This document shows positions 1 through 11,417 of a stretch of DNA of 17,417 bases, piece by piece. Position 1 is the first letter of the stretch. Every line of letters begins with the position of its first letter. The stretch spans positions 1 through 17,417 of the forward strand of contig CAZOYL010000049.1 of the NCBI GenBank assembly GCA_964584035.1, in the 5' to 3' direction. The translations under genes and the position numbers were made by a program. This DNA comes from an uncultured Gemmatimonadota bacterium (GTDB taxonomy: Bacteria; SM23-81). The notes beneath the pieces were generated by a model. That model saw only the letters and a list, made by a program, of their open reading frames with translations, did not search any database and was not told the DNA's origin.

Positions 1-1389
1 CGAGCTGGTGTCGTCGTGGCGCAGGCAGACATAGACCCGCTCATCGCCGACCCAGACCGGATCGAAGGCCCCGCTGCGCAGGGCGGCATGCTCGCTGCGC
101 AGGGCGGTCAGGGAGCGGTAGTGGTTGAGCAGCGAGGTGCTGACGGAGTCCTGCTCCCGGACTGAGACGCCGTCGTGGTCCTGGACGAACTGGTTATTGA
201 CATATTGAGAATATCCCCGGTACCACTGGGCATGCGGCGGGACGGTCAGGGCAGCGTTCCACTCGAAGGGCTCGCGGACGGGCAGGTCGTTGGCGTCGTT
301 GCCGTACCAGTCCACCTTGTGGCCGCGCATGCCGATCTCCTCGCCGTAGTACAGGCAGGGCGGCAGCGGGCCGGTCATCAGGATCACGGCGGCCAGGCGG
401 CAGAGATCCTCGTCCTCGCTGAGCGAGTACCGGATTCGGTCGACGTCGTGATTGTTGAGGATGCCGAGCCACTGGCTCTCCTCCGGAAGATCGCCCAGCA
501 CCAGGGATAACCACATCCCCATATCCCAGCCGATTTGGTTGGGGATGGCATATTGCAGGCCGAACATCACCGGGATGGCGAAAGCGGCGTCGATGCCGTG
601 ATCGAACATCTGCGGGTGGAGGGATCCCCAGTCGGAATCCTCGGCGATGAATTTGACCTCCGGATTGACCAGCCGCAGCCCGGCGGTGAGGTCGTCCCAC
701 AGGTCCAGATCGTAGCCCCACTGCGCCTCGGAATACCAGCCGACCGAGAGGTGGTCGATGCGGAAACCGTCGATGCCGTCATGGAAGTCGCCGTCGTCGT
801 CCGGATCCAGCCAGTGGGACAATTGGTCGACCAGATATTCCCGCACCGGGAGGTGGTTGTGGTTCCAGAACACATGGGTGATCCAGTTGCCCTGCCAGTC
901 GTGGTAGCCGCCGCCGAAGCCGAAATAGTTCCAGTTGCCCCCGTCGGTGAAGGCGAACCACTGATCATAGGGTGAGTCAGGGTTGCCCCGGGCGTCCTGG
1001 AAGTAAGGATGTTCCTCGCTGATCCCGTAGGCCACCAGGTCGATGTAGATCTCGATCCCGGCGTCGTGCAGCGCCTCGACCAGGTCGATGAACCCGGCCT
1101 CGGTGCCGAACCGGGGATTGAGGCTGTCGTGGCGGACGTACTGGTAGCCGTGGTAGGCCCGGGAGTAGAAAACCGGATTCAACCACACGGCGGTGATGTT
1201 CAGATCCTGAAGATAGGGGATGGCCTCGACGATGCCGGCAAAGTCACCGAAGCCGTCGCCGTCGGAGTCGCGGAAGGCGATGGGGAAGATCTGGTAGAAG
1301 ATGTCATCCTGAAAGGGGTGAGCCTGGATGGTGGTCGGCAGGATGGTCAACAGGACCACGAATATGAGCAGAGAAGAACGTTTGTCCAC
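1..1389 (-). CDS. Secreted alpha-amylase-family glycoside hydrolase (GH13), 3' end beyond the window
   Basis: Manual translation of the minus strand from GTG at 1389 (GGAG upstream) stays open to base 1: MDKRSSLLIFVVLLTILPTTIQA-HPFQDDIFYQIFPIAFRDSDGDGFGDFAGI...VWLNPVF...YHGY...GIDGFRID...FIAE...ILNNHD...LYYGEEIGM. This is a signal peptide plus the GH13 catalytic Asp/Glu/Asp regions. It is absent from the ORF track, presumably because its stop lies outside the window. Confidence 0.92.
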   Translation of the reverse strand, partial: MDKRSSLLIFVVLLTILPTTIQAHPFQDDIFYQIFPIAFRDSDGDGFGDFAGIVEAIPYLQDLNITAVWLNPVFYSRAYHGYQYVRHDSLNPRFGTEAGFIDLVEALHDAGIEIYIDLVAYGISEEHPYFQDARGNPDSPYDQWFAFTDGGNWNYFGFGGGYHDWQGNWITHVFWNHNHLPVREYLVDQLSHWLDPDDDGDFHDGIDGFRIDHLSVGWYSEAQWGYDLDLWDDLTAGLRLVNPEVKFIAEDSDWGSLHPQMFDHGIDAAFAIPVMFGLQYAIPNQIGWDMGMWLSLVLGDLPEESQWLGILNNHDVDRIRYSLSEDEDLCRLAAVILMTGPLPPCLYYGEEIGMRGHKVDWYGNDANDLPVREPFEWNAALTVPPHAQWYRGYSQYVNNQFVQDHDGVSVREQDSVSTSLLNHYRSLTALRSEHAALRSGAFDPVWVGDERVYVCLRHDDTSS

Positions 1390-1431
1390 GAGCGGCTCCG
1401 GTGGCCAGATGGATCGGGACAGCTTTCTACC

Positions 1432-1460
1432 ATTCTACGGGTTGGCGGGGGGTTTGTCAA
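1432..1460 (-). promoter_or_regulatory. Sigma70-type promoter for the GH13 gene
   Basis: Minus strand TTGACA (1460-1455), 17-bp spacer, TAGAAT (1437-1432), about 40 bp upstream of the GTG start. Confidence 0.75.
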
Positions 1461-1907
1461 GGGCATAATGACATTTCTGTTCTGCGAGGACCATCGTCGA
1501 CATCTCCCGGGGCCATGAAGGTGGACGGAGAAGACAAGATAACACAAGATATGAGTCACTAAAGAAAGAAATGATAAGTAATGATAATATTAGATGAAGA
1601 AACAAAATATTTGATCAATCCATGCCATTCCCTTGAGATCCTCCTATTGAAGATAACTCACATGTTGTTAAGCGAATGCACTCTTCAAAAGCGATCGTTT
1701 CCGGCGTGATGACGAAGAAAGATAATTAAGAATAGCATAATATGATCATAGATTATGATTGCTATAATATTAGATGACATGATAATATATGAACAGCTAT
1801 GATAAATCCAAAGGCACTCGAGATCTCGATCCTTGAGCCGCCCTGCCCGGCAGCTTCGGTTTCCGCGCTCTTTTTCAAAAACCGAACTCCGAATCCTCAA
1901 AAAACAG

Positions 1908-1936
1908 TTGACTTCCATGCCGAAAATTTGTATTCT
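1908..1936 (+). promoter_or_regulatory. Sigma70-type promoter for the STAS gene
   Basis: TTGACT (1908-1913), 17-bp spacer, TATTCT (1931-1936), with an A-tract just upstream. Confidence 0.65.
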
Positions 1937-2019
1937 GTTAGCAGTTTTTTAGGCATCCCGATGAAGAGTATAACTGTTTATGAATCATTTAATTGTTCCA
2001 TCAACGGGAGGTCCTGCCG

Positions 2020-2358
2020 ATGAGAATGTCAGAAAAGGAACAGGCTGGCGTGATCGTGCTGATGCCCAAGGGCAAGATCATGGGCGGCCCGGACGCCGGT
2101 GCGGTCAAGGAGCGGCTCCATCAGCTCATCGATGAGGGCAAGAAGAAGGTGGTTGTCGACCTGTCCGGAGTCAGCTGGATGAACAGCTCCGGCCTGGGCA
2201 TCCTCATCGGCGGCCTGACCACCATGCGTAACGCCGGCGGCGACCTGAAGCTGGCCGGGACCACCGATAAGGTGCAGAACCTGCTGATGGTCACCAAACT
2301 GATCACCATCTTCGAGTCGTACGACACGGTCGAGGAGGCCGTGGCCAGCTACCTTTAG
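2020..2358 (+). CDS. STAS-domain anti-sigma factor antagonist (RsbV/SpoIIAA-like)
   Basis: 112 aa from ATG 2020 behind SD GGAGGT (2007-2012). Motif VVVDLSGVSWMNSSGLGILI contains the phosphorylatable Ser region. The C-terminus is IFESYDTVEEAV. Confidence 0.92.
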   Translation: MRMSEKEQAGVIVLMPKGKIMGGPDAGAVKERLHQLIDEGKKKVVVDLSGVSWMNSSGLGILIGGLTTMRNAGGDLKLAGTTDKVQNLLMVTKLITIFESYDTVEEAVASYL

Positions 2359-2387
2359 CCACACGCCCCCAGGCGAGATCTTTGTAT

Positions 2388-2419
2388 TCGGCCGGCGCCA
2401 GGGGTGACCGGCCGATTTT
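2388..2419 (+). terminator. Probable intrinsic terminator after the STAS gene
   Basis: Inverted repeat TCGGCCGG (2388-2395) / CCGGCCGA (2408-2415) followed by TTTT. Confidence 0.5.
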
Positions 2420-2466
2420 CTAAAGGAAGAGGTTTATAACCCGAGGCGAATAACCAGAGGCGTGAC

Positions 2467-4650
2467 GTGGATTTTCTCTCCGATCTCAATCCCGCCCAAC
2501 GTGAGGCGGTCACTCAGGTGGAGGGTCCCGTGCTGGTCCTGGCCGGCGCGGGCAGCGGCAAGACCCGGGTGTTGACCCATCGCATCGCCTATCTGGTCGG
2601 CCGGATGGGCGTCAGCCCGGAGCATGTCCTGGCGGTGACCTTCACCAACAAGGCCGCCGGGGAGATGAAGAGCCGCGTGCTGGAGCTCCTGGACCGGGAG
2701 GGCGTCGGCATCCAGATGGGTACTTTTCACTCCATCTGCGCCCGGATCCTGCGCCGGGAGGGTCACCACCTGGGCTACGAGCGCAGCTTCACCATCTGCG
2801 ACGAGGCCGACCAGTTGTCGCTGATCAAGCGGGTCCAGGAGGAGCTGGGCATTCCGGCCGGCCGTTTCTCGCCCAAGGGTTTCCGCGCCCGGATCGAGTG
2901 GGCCAAGCACAACCTCCTGACCCCCGGGACGTTCGAAGAACAGGCCCTGGACGACTATGAGAAGAAGGCGGCCCTGGTCTACCAGCGCTACCAGGCCGCT
3001 CTGGAATCACAGAATGCCATGGACTTCGGCGATCTGATCGACAAGGTCGTGTTCCTGTTCCAGCTCCATCCCCGCATTCTGAGCCGCTATCAGGAGCGCT
3101 TTCAGTACGTTCTGGTGGACGAATACCAGGACACCAACCACGCCCAATACATGCTGGTTAACCTGCTGGCCTCCCGGCACCGCAACCTGTGCGTGGTGGG
3201 CGACGATGACCAGAGCATCTATGGCTGGCGGGGCGCCGACATCGGCAACATCCTCAGCTTCGAGAAGGACTATCCCGACACGCAGGTGATCAAGCTGGAG
3301 CAGAACTACCGCTCCACCCAGAACATCCTCACCGCCGCCGGCCATGTCGTAGCCCACAACCGCGGGCGCAAGGACAAGACCCTGTGGACCCGGCAGGGCA
3401 GCGGTCAGCCCCTGACCCTGCTGGAGGCCCTGGACGAGCGGACCGAGGCCCTGACCGTGCTGGACAAGATCCAGGCGGAGCGGTCCCGGGGGAGCCGGGA
3501 GCTGGCCGATATGGCCATACTCTACCGGATCAACGCCCAGTCCCGCAACTTCGAGGATCAATTGCGGCGGGCCGGACTGCCCTACGTCATCATCGGCGGG
3601 GTTCGCTTCTACGAGCGCAAGGAGGTCAAGGACATCCTGGCCTACCTGCGCGTCCTGGTCAACCCGGCCGACTCGATCAGCCTGCGGCGGATCATCAATG
3701 TGCCTCGCCGGGGCATCGGGCCGACCACCCTGGGACGGTTAGAGAACCTGGCCGCCGAGAGCCAGGTGAGCCTTCTGGAAGCCGTCCAAATGGCGGCCGA
3801 ATCCGAGGAGCTGCCCGCCGGCCTCCGGGAAAAGCTGGCCGATCTTCACGGGCTGTTCGCCTCCCTGGCCGATCGTCTGGAGAAGCTGGAGATCGCCCAG
3901 GTGGTCCAGGAAATCATCGATCGGACCGGCTACCTGCGGGAGCTGATCGCCGAGGGCACGGGCGAGGCTCAGACCCGGGCGGAGAACGTCCGCGAGCTGG
4001 CGGCCGCCGCCGAGGAGTACGCCATGCGCAGCGAGGGGGCGGAGCTGCTTGACTTTCTGGAGGAGGTCACCCTGCTGACCAGCGTGGACACCTGGGACAG
4101 CTCGGCCAACGCCGTGGCCCTGATGACGCTGCACAGCGCCAAGGGCCTGGAGTTCCCGGTGGTCTTTATTGTCGGGCTGGAGGAGGGCCTGTTTCCCCTG
4201 TCGCGGGCCATGGAGAGTCAGCAGGAGCTGGAGGAGGAACGGCGGCTGATGTATGTCGGCATGACCCGGGCGAAGGACAAACTGTATCTCTCCCGGGCCC
4301 ATTGGCGCCGCCTCTGGGGCAGCGGAATGGGCACGCTGCCGTCGCGATTCCTGGAGGAGATTCCCCCGGAGCTGATCGAGGTGGAGGGATACGGGCTTGG
4401 GGATCTGACCGCAGCCAGCCGGGACCGCACAACCGGGAAAGGCCGAACGGCCCGCCGGGAATACGATGAGGACGACGAGTTCGCCCCCCGGGTGTGCGTC
4501 GGCTCGGTGGTCCGGCATCCCGCCTTCGGCATCGGACGGGTCATGGAGCTGTCCGGCTACGCCGACGATCTCAAGCTGACCATCTCCTTCGAGGGCCAGA
4601 CGCCCAAGAAGATATTGGCCAAGTATGCGCAGCTGGAGATATTGAGATGA
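2467..4650 (+). CDS. pcrA: ATP-dependent DNA helicase PcrA/UvrD
   Basis: 727 aa, GTG start. SF1A motifs: LAGAGSGKT, TFTNKAA, VDEYQD, VGDDDQSIYGWRGA, LEQNYRS, MTLHSAKGLEF, EERRLMYVGMTRA. It has the C-terminal Tudor-like domain (VRHPAFGIG). Confidence 0.96.
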   Translation: MDFLSDLNPAQREAVTQVEGPVLVLAGAGSGKTRVLTHRIAYLVGRMGVSPEHVLAVTFTNKAAGEMKSRVLELLDREGVGIQMGTFHSICARILRREGHHLGYERSFTICDEADQLSLIKRVQEELGIPAGRFSPKGFRARIEWAKHNLLTPGTFEEQALDDYEKKAALVYQRYQAALESQNAMDFGDLIDKVVFLFQLHPRILSRYQERFQYVLVDEYQDTNHAQYMLVNLLASRHRNLCVVGDDDQSIYGWRGADIGNILSFEKDYPDTQVIKLEQNYRSTQNILTAAGHVVAHNRGRKDKTLWTRQGSGQPLTLLEALDERTEALTVLDKIQAERSRGSRELADMAILYRINAQSRNFEDQLRRAGLPYVIIGGVRFYERKEVKDILAYLRVLVNPADSISLRRIINVPRRGIGPTTLGRLENLAAESQVSLLEAVQMAAESEELPAGLREKLADLHGLFASLADRLEKLEIAQVVQEIIDRTGYLRELIAEGTGEAQTRAENVRELAAAAEEYAMRSEGAELLDFLEEVTLLTSVDTWDSSANAVALMTLHSAKGLEFPVVFIVGLEEGLFPLSRAMESQQELEEERRLMYVGMTRAKDKLYLSRAHWRRLWGSGMGTLPSRFLEEIPPELIEVEGYGLGDLTAASRDRTTGKGRTARREYDEDDEFAPRVCVGSVVRHPAFGIGRVMELSGYADDLKLTISFEGQTPKKILAKYAQLEILR

Positions 4651-4660
4651 AAGAAAGGCC

Positions 4661-4688
4661 GATTCTGGATACGGGATTCCGGATGCCG
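4661..4688 (+). repeat. Degenerate 7-bp tandem repeat, 4 copies
   Basis: GATTCTG GATACGG GATTCCG GATGCCG. Confidence 0.55.
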
Positions 4689-4719
4689 CATTTCCGTGCC
4701 AAAATCAGGAAAAAATCAG

Positions 4720-4748
4720 TTGCGCTCTCCCCCCGGATGTGTTAAATT
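4720..4748 (+). promoter_or_regulatory. Sigma70-type promoter upstream of the leader and kdsB operon
   Basis: TTGCGC (4720-4725), 17-bp spacer, extended -10 TG-T-TAAATT (4740-4748), with A-tracts upstream (UP-element-like). Confidence 0.6.
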
Positions 4749-4754
4749 TCTTCC

Positions 4755-4946
4755 ATGGGCCGCCCCGGTTGACCTGGGAGATGCGGGAGACCGGAGGTGT
4801 CCGAGACAGGATGATGACGCTTCGCTTTCCTGAGCATCCAGGCACATTGACCCCGCCGGCAGAACGATACGAGCGATGAAAACGATCTCCAGGGATGGCG
4901 ATGGATGAACGCGGTGATGGCTCGCTATCACCGTATTTTTATTTTT
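4755..4946 (+). ncRNA. Candidate structured leader RNA or stand-alone ncRNA of unrecognised family
   Basis: Bounded by a promoter and a strong terminator. Nested complementary segments: CCUGGGAGAU 4773-4782 / AUCUCCAGG 4885-4893, CCGG 4791-4794 / 4856-4859, UGUCC 4798-4802 / GGCACA 4841-4846, GGAUG 4809-4813 / CAUCC 4835-4839. Confidence 0.45.
4911..4946 (+). terminator. Intrinsic terminator 25 nt upstream of kdsB
   Basis: 10-bp stem GCGGTGATGG / CTATCACCGT (two G-U pairs), CTCG loop, then ATTTTTATTTTT. Confidence 0.8.
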
Positions 4947-4971
4947 AGCAAGAACTTAGAGATATTCTTCG

Positions 4972-8203
<3,232 letters not shown>

Positions 8204-8317
8204 GCGGAACGATAATATTCAGGGCTGTGCTTTCCATCGAGGTCGTGTCTTCCATCGAAGGCCGCGCGCTGGCATTGAGGTCCGCGCCTGAAATTCTCTT
8301 AATAAAGGAGCTTTCTT

Positions 8318-8860
8318 ATCGCTCTGAATCTCGGCCAGAAGGCCTCCCGGGTCCGGCTTCTCATTCTCGACGTCGATGGTGTCCTCACCGGCGGGGAGAT
8401 CGTCATGGGCTCGGGGGGGATGGAATTGAAGCATTTTCACACCCTGGACGGTCTGGGGATGGCCACGGCGCGAGGGGCCGGTCTCAAGGTGGCCATCATC
8501 ACCGCCCGGAGCTCGGAGGCGGTGGCCATACGGGCCGCCGACCTGGGCATCGAGGATGTCGTTCAGGGGTGTTTGGATAAACAGCAGGCCTATGACGGTC
8601 TGCTGGAAAAATACGGTCTCCGGGACGAACAGGTGGCTTACGTGGGCGACGATCTGATCGATCTCCCGGTCTTGCGGAGAGCCGGATTGAAGGTCGCTGT
8701 GGCCAATGCCCGGGCTCAATTGAAGCTCATGGCCGACTACGTCACCATTGCCAGCGGCGGCCGGGGCGCCGTCCGGGAGGTTGTGGAGCTGCTGCTGGGC
8801 TGGAGATCAGGGGAGGATTCGCAGATTGGCGAAAGAGCCGAAACGCCGTCATCGCAATGA
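8318..8860 (+). CDS. kdsC: KDO8P phosphatase (HAD family); start at ATC 8318 (or CTG 8324) inferred
   Basis: HAD motif I LILDVDGVLT (Asp codon at 8369) is in frame upstream of the track's ATG 8405. Also AIITAR, DK, YVGDDLID and GGRGAVRE. There is an in-frame TAA at 8303 and SD AAGGAG at 8305-8310. Confidence 0.9.
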   Translation: MALNLGQKASRVRLLILDVDGVLTGGEIVMGSGGMELKHFHTLDGLGMATARGAGLKVAIITARSSEAVAIRAADLGIEDVVQGCLDKQQAYDGLLEKYGLRDEQVAYVGDDLIDLPVLRRAGLKVAVANARAQLKLMADYVTIASGGRGAVREVVELLLGWRSGEDSQIGERAETPSSQ

Positions 8861-9863
8861 GGATAGCCCGGCGAAAGGGAAGACAAGCCGTTATCGGGAT
8901 GATGACATCATCCAGGGAGCCCGGCGCGTGGTCCGCGAGGAGGCCCGGGCCGTCCGTCAGCTGGAGAGCAGGATCGGGCCCGAGTTCGAGAAGGCCGTGG
9001 AGATCATCCTGCGCTGCCGGGGACGGGTCATCGTCACCGGCATCGGCAAGTCCGGCCTGATCGGGAGAAAGATCGCCGCCACCCTGACCAGCACGGGAAC
9101 GGCCGCCTTCTTTCTGCACCCGGCCGAGGGGATGCACGGCGATCTGGGCATCGTGCAGCGCAACGATTGCATCGTCGCTATTTCCAAGAGCGGTGAGACC
9201 AATGAGTTTTCGCTGCTGTTGCCCATCTTTAAGCGCCTCGGCGCGCCGATCATCGCCCTGACCGGAAACATCCAGTCTCCCCTGGCCCAGAAGAGCGATG
9301 TGGTTCTGGATGTCAGCGTGGCACAGGAGGCCTGCCCCAATAATCTGGCCCCCACCTCCAGCACCACCGCCACCCTGGTCATGGGCGACGCACTGGCCGT
9401 GGCCCTGCTGCTGAAAAGAGGGTTCAGCCAGAACGATTTCGCATTTCTTCATCCCGGGGGCAATTTAGGCAGAAAGCTGATCCTGACGGTGGCCGATGTG
9501 ATGCATACCGGTGAGGAAGTTCCCGTGGTCCTGGAGTCCGCCAACCTGAAGAATGCCATCCTGGAGATGACGTCCAAACGCCTGGGTGTCACGGCCGTCG
9601 TCGATGATGCCGGCCGGCTGAGCGGCATCCTCACCGATGGTGACCTCCGCCGGCTGGTGGAGAAAACTGATAAGCTCTTTGCTCTCACCGCAGGGGATGC
9701 CATGACGCCGGAACCCAAGACCATCGAAGAAGATGCCCTGGCCGCCGAAGCGGTCAATGTCATGGAGAGATACAGTATCACCTCGCTGATCATCACCGAC
9801 GGGGACCGCAAGCCCAGGGGCATCGTGCATCTCCACGATCTGCTCAAAGCCGGCATTGTCTGA
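8826..9863 (+). CDS. kdsD: Arabinose-5-phosphate isomerase, KdsD/KpsF/GutQ family (SIS plus 2 CBS domains)
   Basis: VTGIGKSG, HPAEGMHGDLG, ISKSGET, EACPNNLAPTSST, HPGGNLG, TDGDLRR, HLHDLL. TTG start at 8826 behind GGAGG (8812-8816). Confidence 0.94.
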   Translation: MAKEPKRRHRNEDSPAKGKTSRYRDDDIIQGARRVVREEARAVRQLESRIGPEFEKAVEIILRCRGRVIVTGIGKSGLIGRKIAATLTSTGTAAFFLHPAEGMHGDLGIVQRNDCIVAISKSGETNEFSLLLPIFKRLGAPIIALTGNIQSPLAQKSDVVLDVSVAQEACPNNLAPTSSTTATLVMGDALAVALLLKRGFSQNDFAFLHPGGNLGRKLILTVADVMHTGEEVPVVLESANLKNAILEMTSKRLGVTAVVDDAGRLSGILTDGDLRRLVEKTDKLFALTAGDAMTPEPKTIEEDALAAEAVNVMERYSITSLIITDGDRKPRGIVHLHDLLKAGIV

Positions 9864-9896
9864 CCGGCCCAGCCGGGGAGGATTGCTCTGCCAGCG

Positions 9897-10832
9897 ATGT
9901 CGGTCAAACGCATTAAAAATTGGGCTATTTACCGGTTCATCTGGTCATTGAATATGCTGGCCGGACGGTTGCCCCGGCGGACCGCCCTGCGCCTGTTCGG
10001 CCGGTTGGGGTTGCTGGCCTATGGCCTTTTGGGGACGGCCCGCCGCCGGACCGTGGATAATCTGTCCCGGGCCTTCGGCTGGATGCCGCAGAACCCCCGC
10101 CTGCGCCGAACCGCCCGGAACGCCTTCGTCAATGCCGGCAAGAATCTGGCCGATCTCATTCACCTGCCGCATCTGAACGAGTCGAATATCAGAGACCTGG
10201 TGCGGATCAGGGGCCGGCATCTGCTGGACGAGGCCATGGCCCTGGGCCGGGGCGTGATCGTCATCACCGGCCATATCGGCAATTGGGAACTGCTGGCGGC
10301 CGGATGGGCTCTGCGGGGGTATCCGTCGTCGGCCGTAGCCCGGCAGGTGTATGATCCGCGGTTGGACAGGATGATCAACGATCTTCGAAAAAATGCCAGA
10401 GTACGGGGTATTTCGCGAGACAGCGGCCTTCGCGAGATGATCCGGGTGCTGCACCGGGGCGAACTGCTCGGCGTGCTCATGGACCAGGACACGAAAGTCC
10501 GCGGCGCCTTCGTTCCCTTCTTCGGACGTCTGGCTCATACGCCGGTCGGACCGGTCCTGCTGGCCATGAAGACTCGGGCGCCCGTCGTCCCCATGGCCAT
10601 TCACCGGCAGCCGGATGACACCCATTTGATCACGGTAATGCCCCCTGTTAAATTGAGATACACGGAAGACAGGGAGGCGGATGTGCGGCTCAATACCTGG
10701 CGGTGCACCCGGGCACTGGAACGTTTCATACGGCAGGAGCCGGCTCAGTGGGTGTGGATGCATGATCGCTGGAGAAAACAGCCGGCGGAAGCGGATCGCC
10801 GGGTTTGGAGGGAAAAATTCGATGTCTCCTAA
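9897..10832 (+). CDS. Lipid A biosynthesis late acyltransferase (LpxL/HtrB family)
   Basis: Catalytic HxxxxE motif TGHIGNWE, plus DQD, VPFFG and QWVWMHDRW. It sits within the Kdo/LPS cluster. Confidence 0.9.
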   Translation: MSVKRIKNWAIYRFIWSLNMLAGRLPRRTALRLFGRLGLLAYGLLGTARRRTVDNLSRAFGWMPQNPRLRRTARNAFVNAGKNLADLIHLPHLNESNIRDLVRIRGRHLLDEAMALGRGVIVITGHIGNWELLAAGWALRGYPSSAVARQVYDPRLDRMINDLRKNARVRGISRDSGLREMIRVLHRGELLGVLMDQDTKVRGAFVPFFGRLAHTPVGPVLLAMKTRAPVVPMAIHRQPDDTHLITVMPPVKLRYTEDREADVRLNTWRCTRALERFIRQEPAQWVWMHDRWRKQPAEADRRVWREKFDVS

Positions 10833-11376
10833 AAGAGTCCCGGTTATCTTGGCCTCATTTTTGCTTTTTTCCCTGTCGGGATGTCAACAGAAAGAGCCGG
10901 CTCGCATCTCCGAAGATTCTTTCGATGACATGCCCGAACAGGTCATTGAGAATATGGAGGTCACCTTTACCGAGGACGGACGCCGGACCGGCGTTCTCCG
11001 GGCCGATTCCGTGGCCATCTATGAGGCCGGACGGGTCAAGGAGGGCCGCCGGGTCCAGGTCGACTTCTATGATCGTCAGGGAGAACACATCTCCATTTTA
11101 ACGGCCCGGGAGGGGATCTACAATTCCGAGGCCGAAGAGGTGCTTGCCAGAGGAGATGTGGTGGTCATCTCGGACGACGGAGCCCGCCTGGAAACGGAAG
11201 AGCTGGCCTGGAAAAAGGAGACCAACCGGATATCCACCGAGGCCTTTGTGACCATCACCAGAGGCCGGGATCAGGTTTCCGGTTACGGATTGAGCACCGA
11301 TCCCCAGCTGGAGGATTTTCGCATCCTCAGGGATGTCAAGGGCCGGATCGAGGACGTCCGTCAGATCACCGATTAA
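10822..11376 (+). CDS. lptC: LPS export periplasmic protein LptC, with a lipoprotein-type signal
   Basis: ATG 10822 behind GGAGG: MSPKRVPVILASFLLFSLSGC, followed by beta-jellyroll-like sequence (LTAREGIY, GDVVV, LETEELAW, VSGYGL). It lies directly before lptB. Confidence 0.82.
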   Translation: MSPKRVPVILASFLLFSLSGCQQKEPARISEDSFDDMPEQVIENMEVTFTEDGRRTGVLRADSVAIYEAGRVKEGRRVQVDFYDRQGEHISILTAREGIYNSEAEEVLARGDVVVISDDGARLETEELAWKKETNRISTEAFVTITRGRDQVSGYGLSTDPQLEDFRILRDVKGRIEDVRQITD

Positions 11377-11417
11377 GTCTCATCATACCGGGCGACAGAA
11401 GTCCGGGGAGTCGGTTC

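Noticed and set aside
175..1518. Plus-strand ORFs 175-510, 535-975 and 1009-1518, and off-frame minus ORFs
   Set aside because: They are shadows of the minus-strand GH13 gene, which carries clear family motifs.
1531..1812. Replication origin or Fur boxes in the AT-rich block
   Set aside because: No TTATCCACA-type DnaA boxes were seen. The best Fur alignment I tried was about 11/19, which is expected by chance in AT-rich DNA.
4781..4879. Small ORF in the leader (MMTLRFPEHPGTLTPPAERYER, GGAGGT 12 nt upstream of ATG 4811)
   Set aside because: SD spacing is long and there is no regulatory codon run or hydrophobic toxin character. It is not excluded as a leader peptide but is unsupported.
4753..4910. 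Definite 6S RNA, PyrR-binding loop or glycine riboswitch call
   Set aside because: Only partial resemblance. The hairpin is short and asymmetric for 6S, GUCCGAGACAGG deviates from the PyrR consensus, and the glycine aptamer core is missing.
8270..8285. Sigma-54 promoter at TGGCA
   Set aside because: The -12 GC is not at the required spacing and there is no TTGC.
8227..8580. Upstream ORF frameshifting into kdsC
   Set aside because: No convincing slippery site or stop-stimulated shift. The SD plus near-cognate start explains kdsC more simply.
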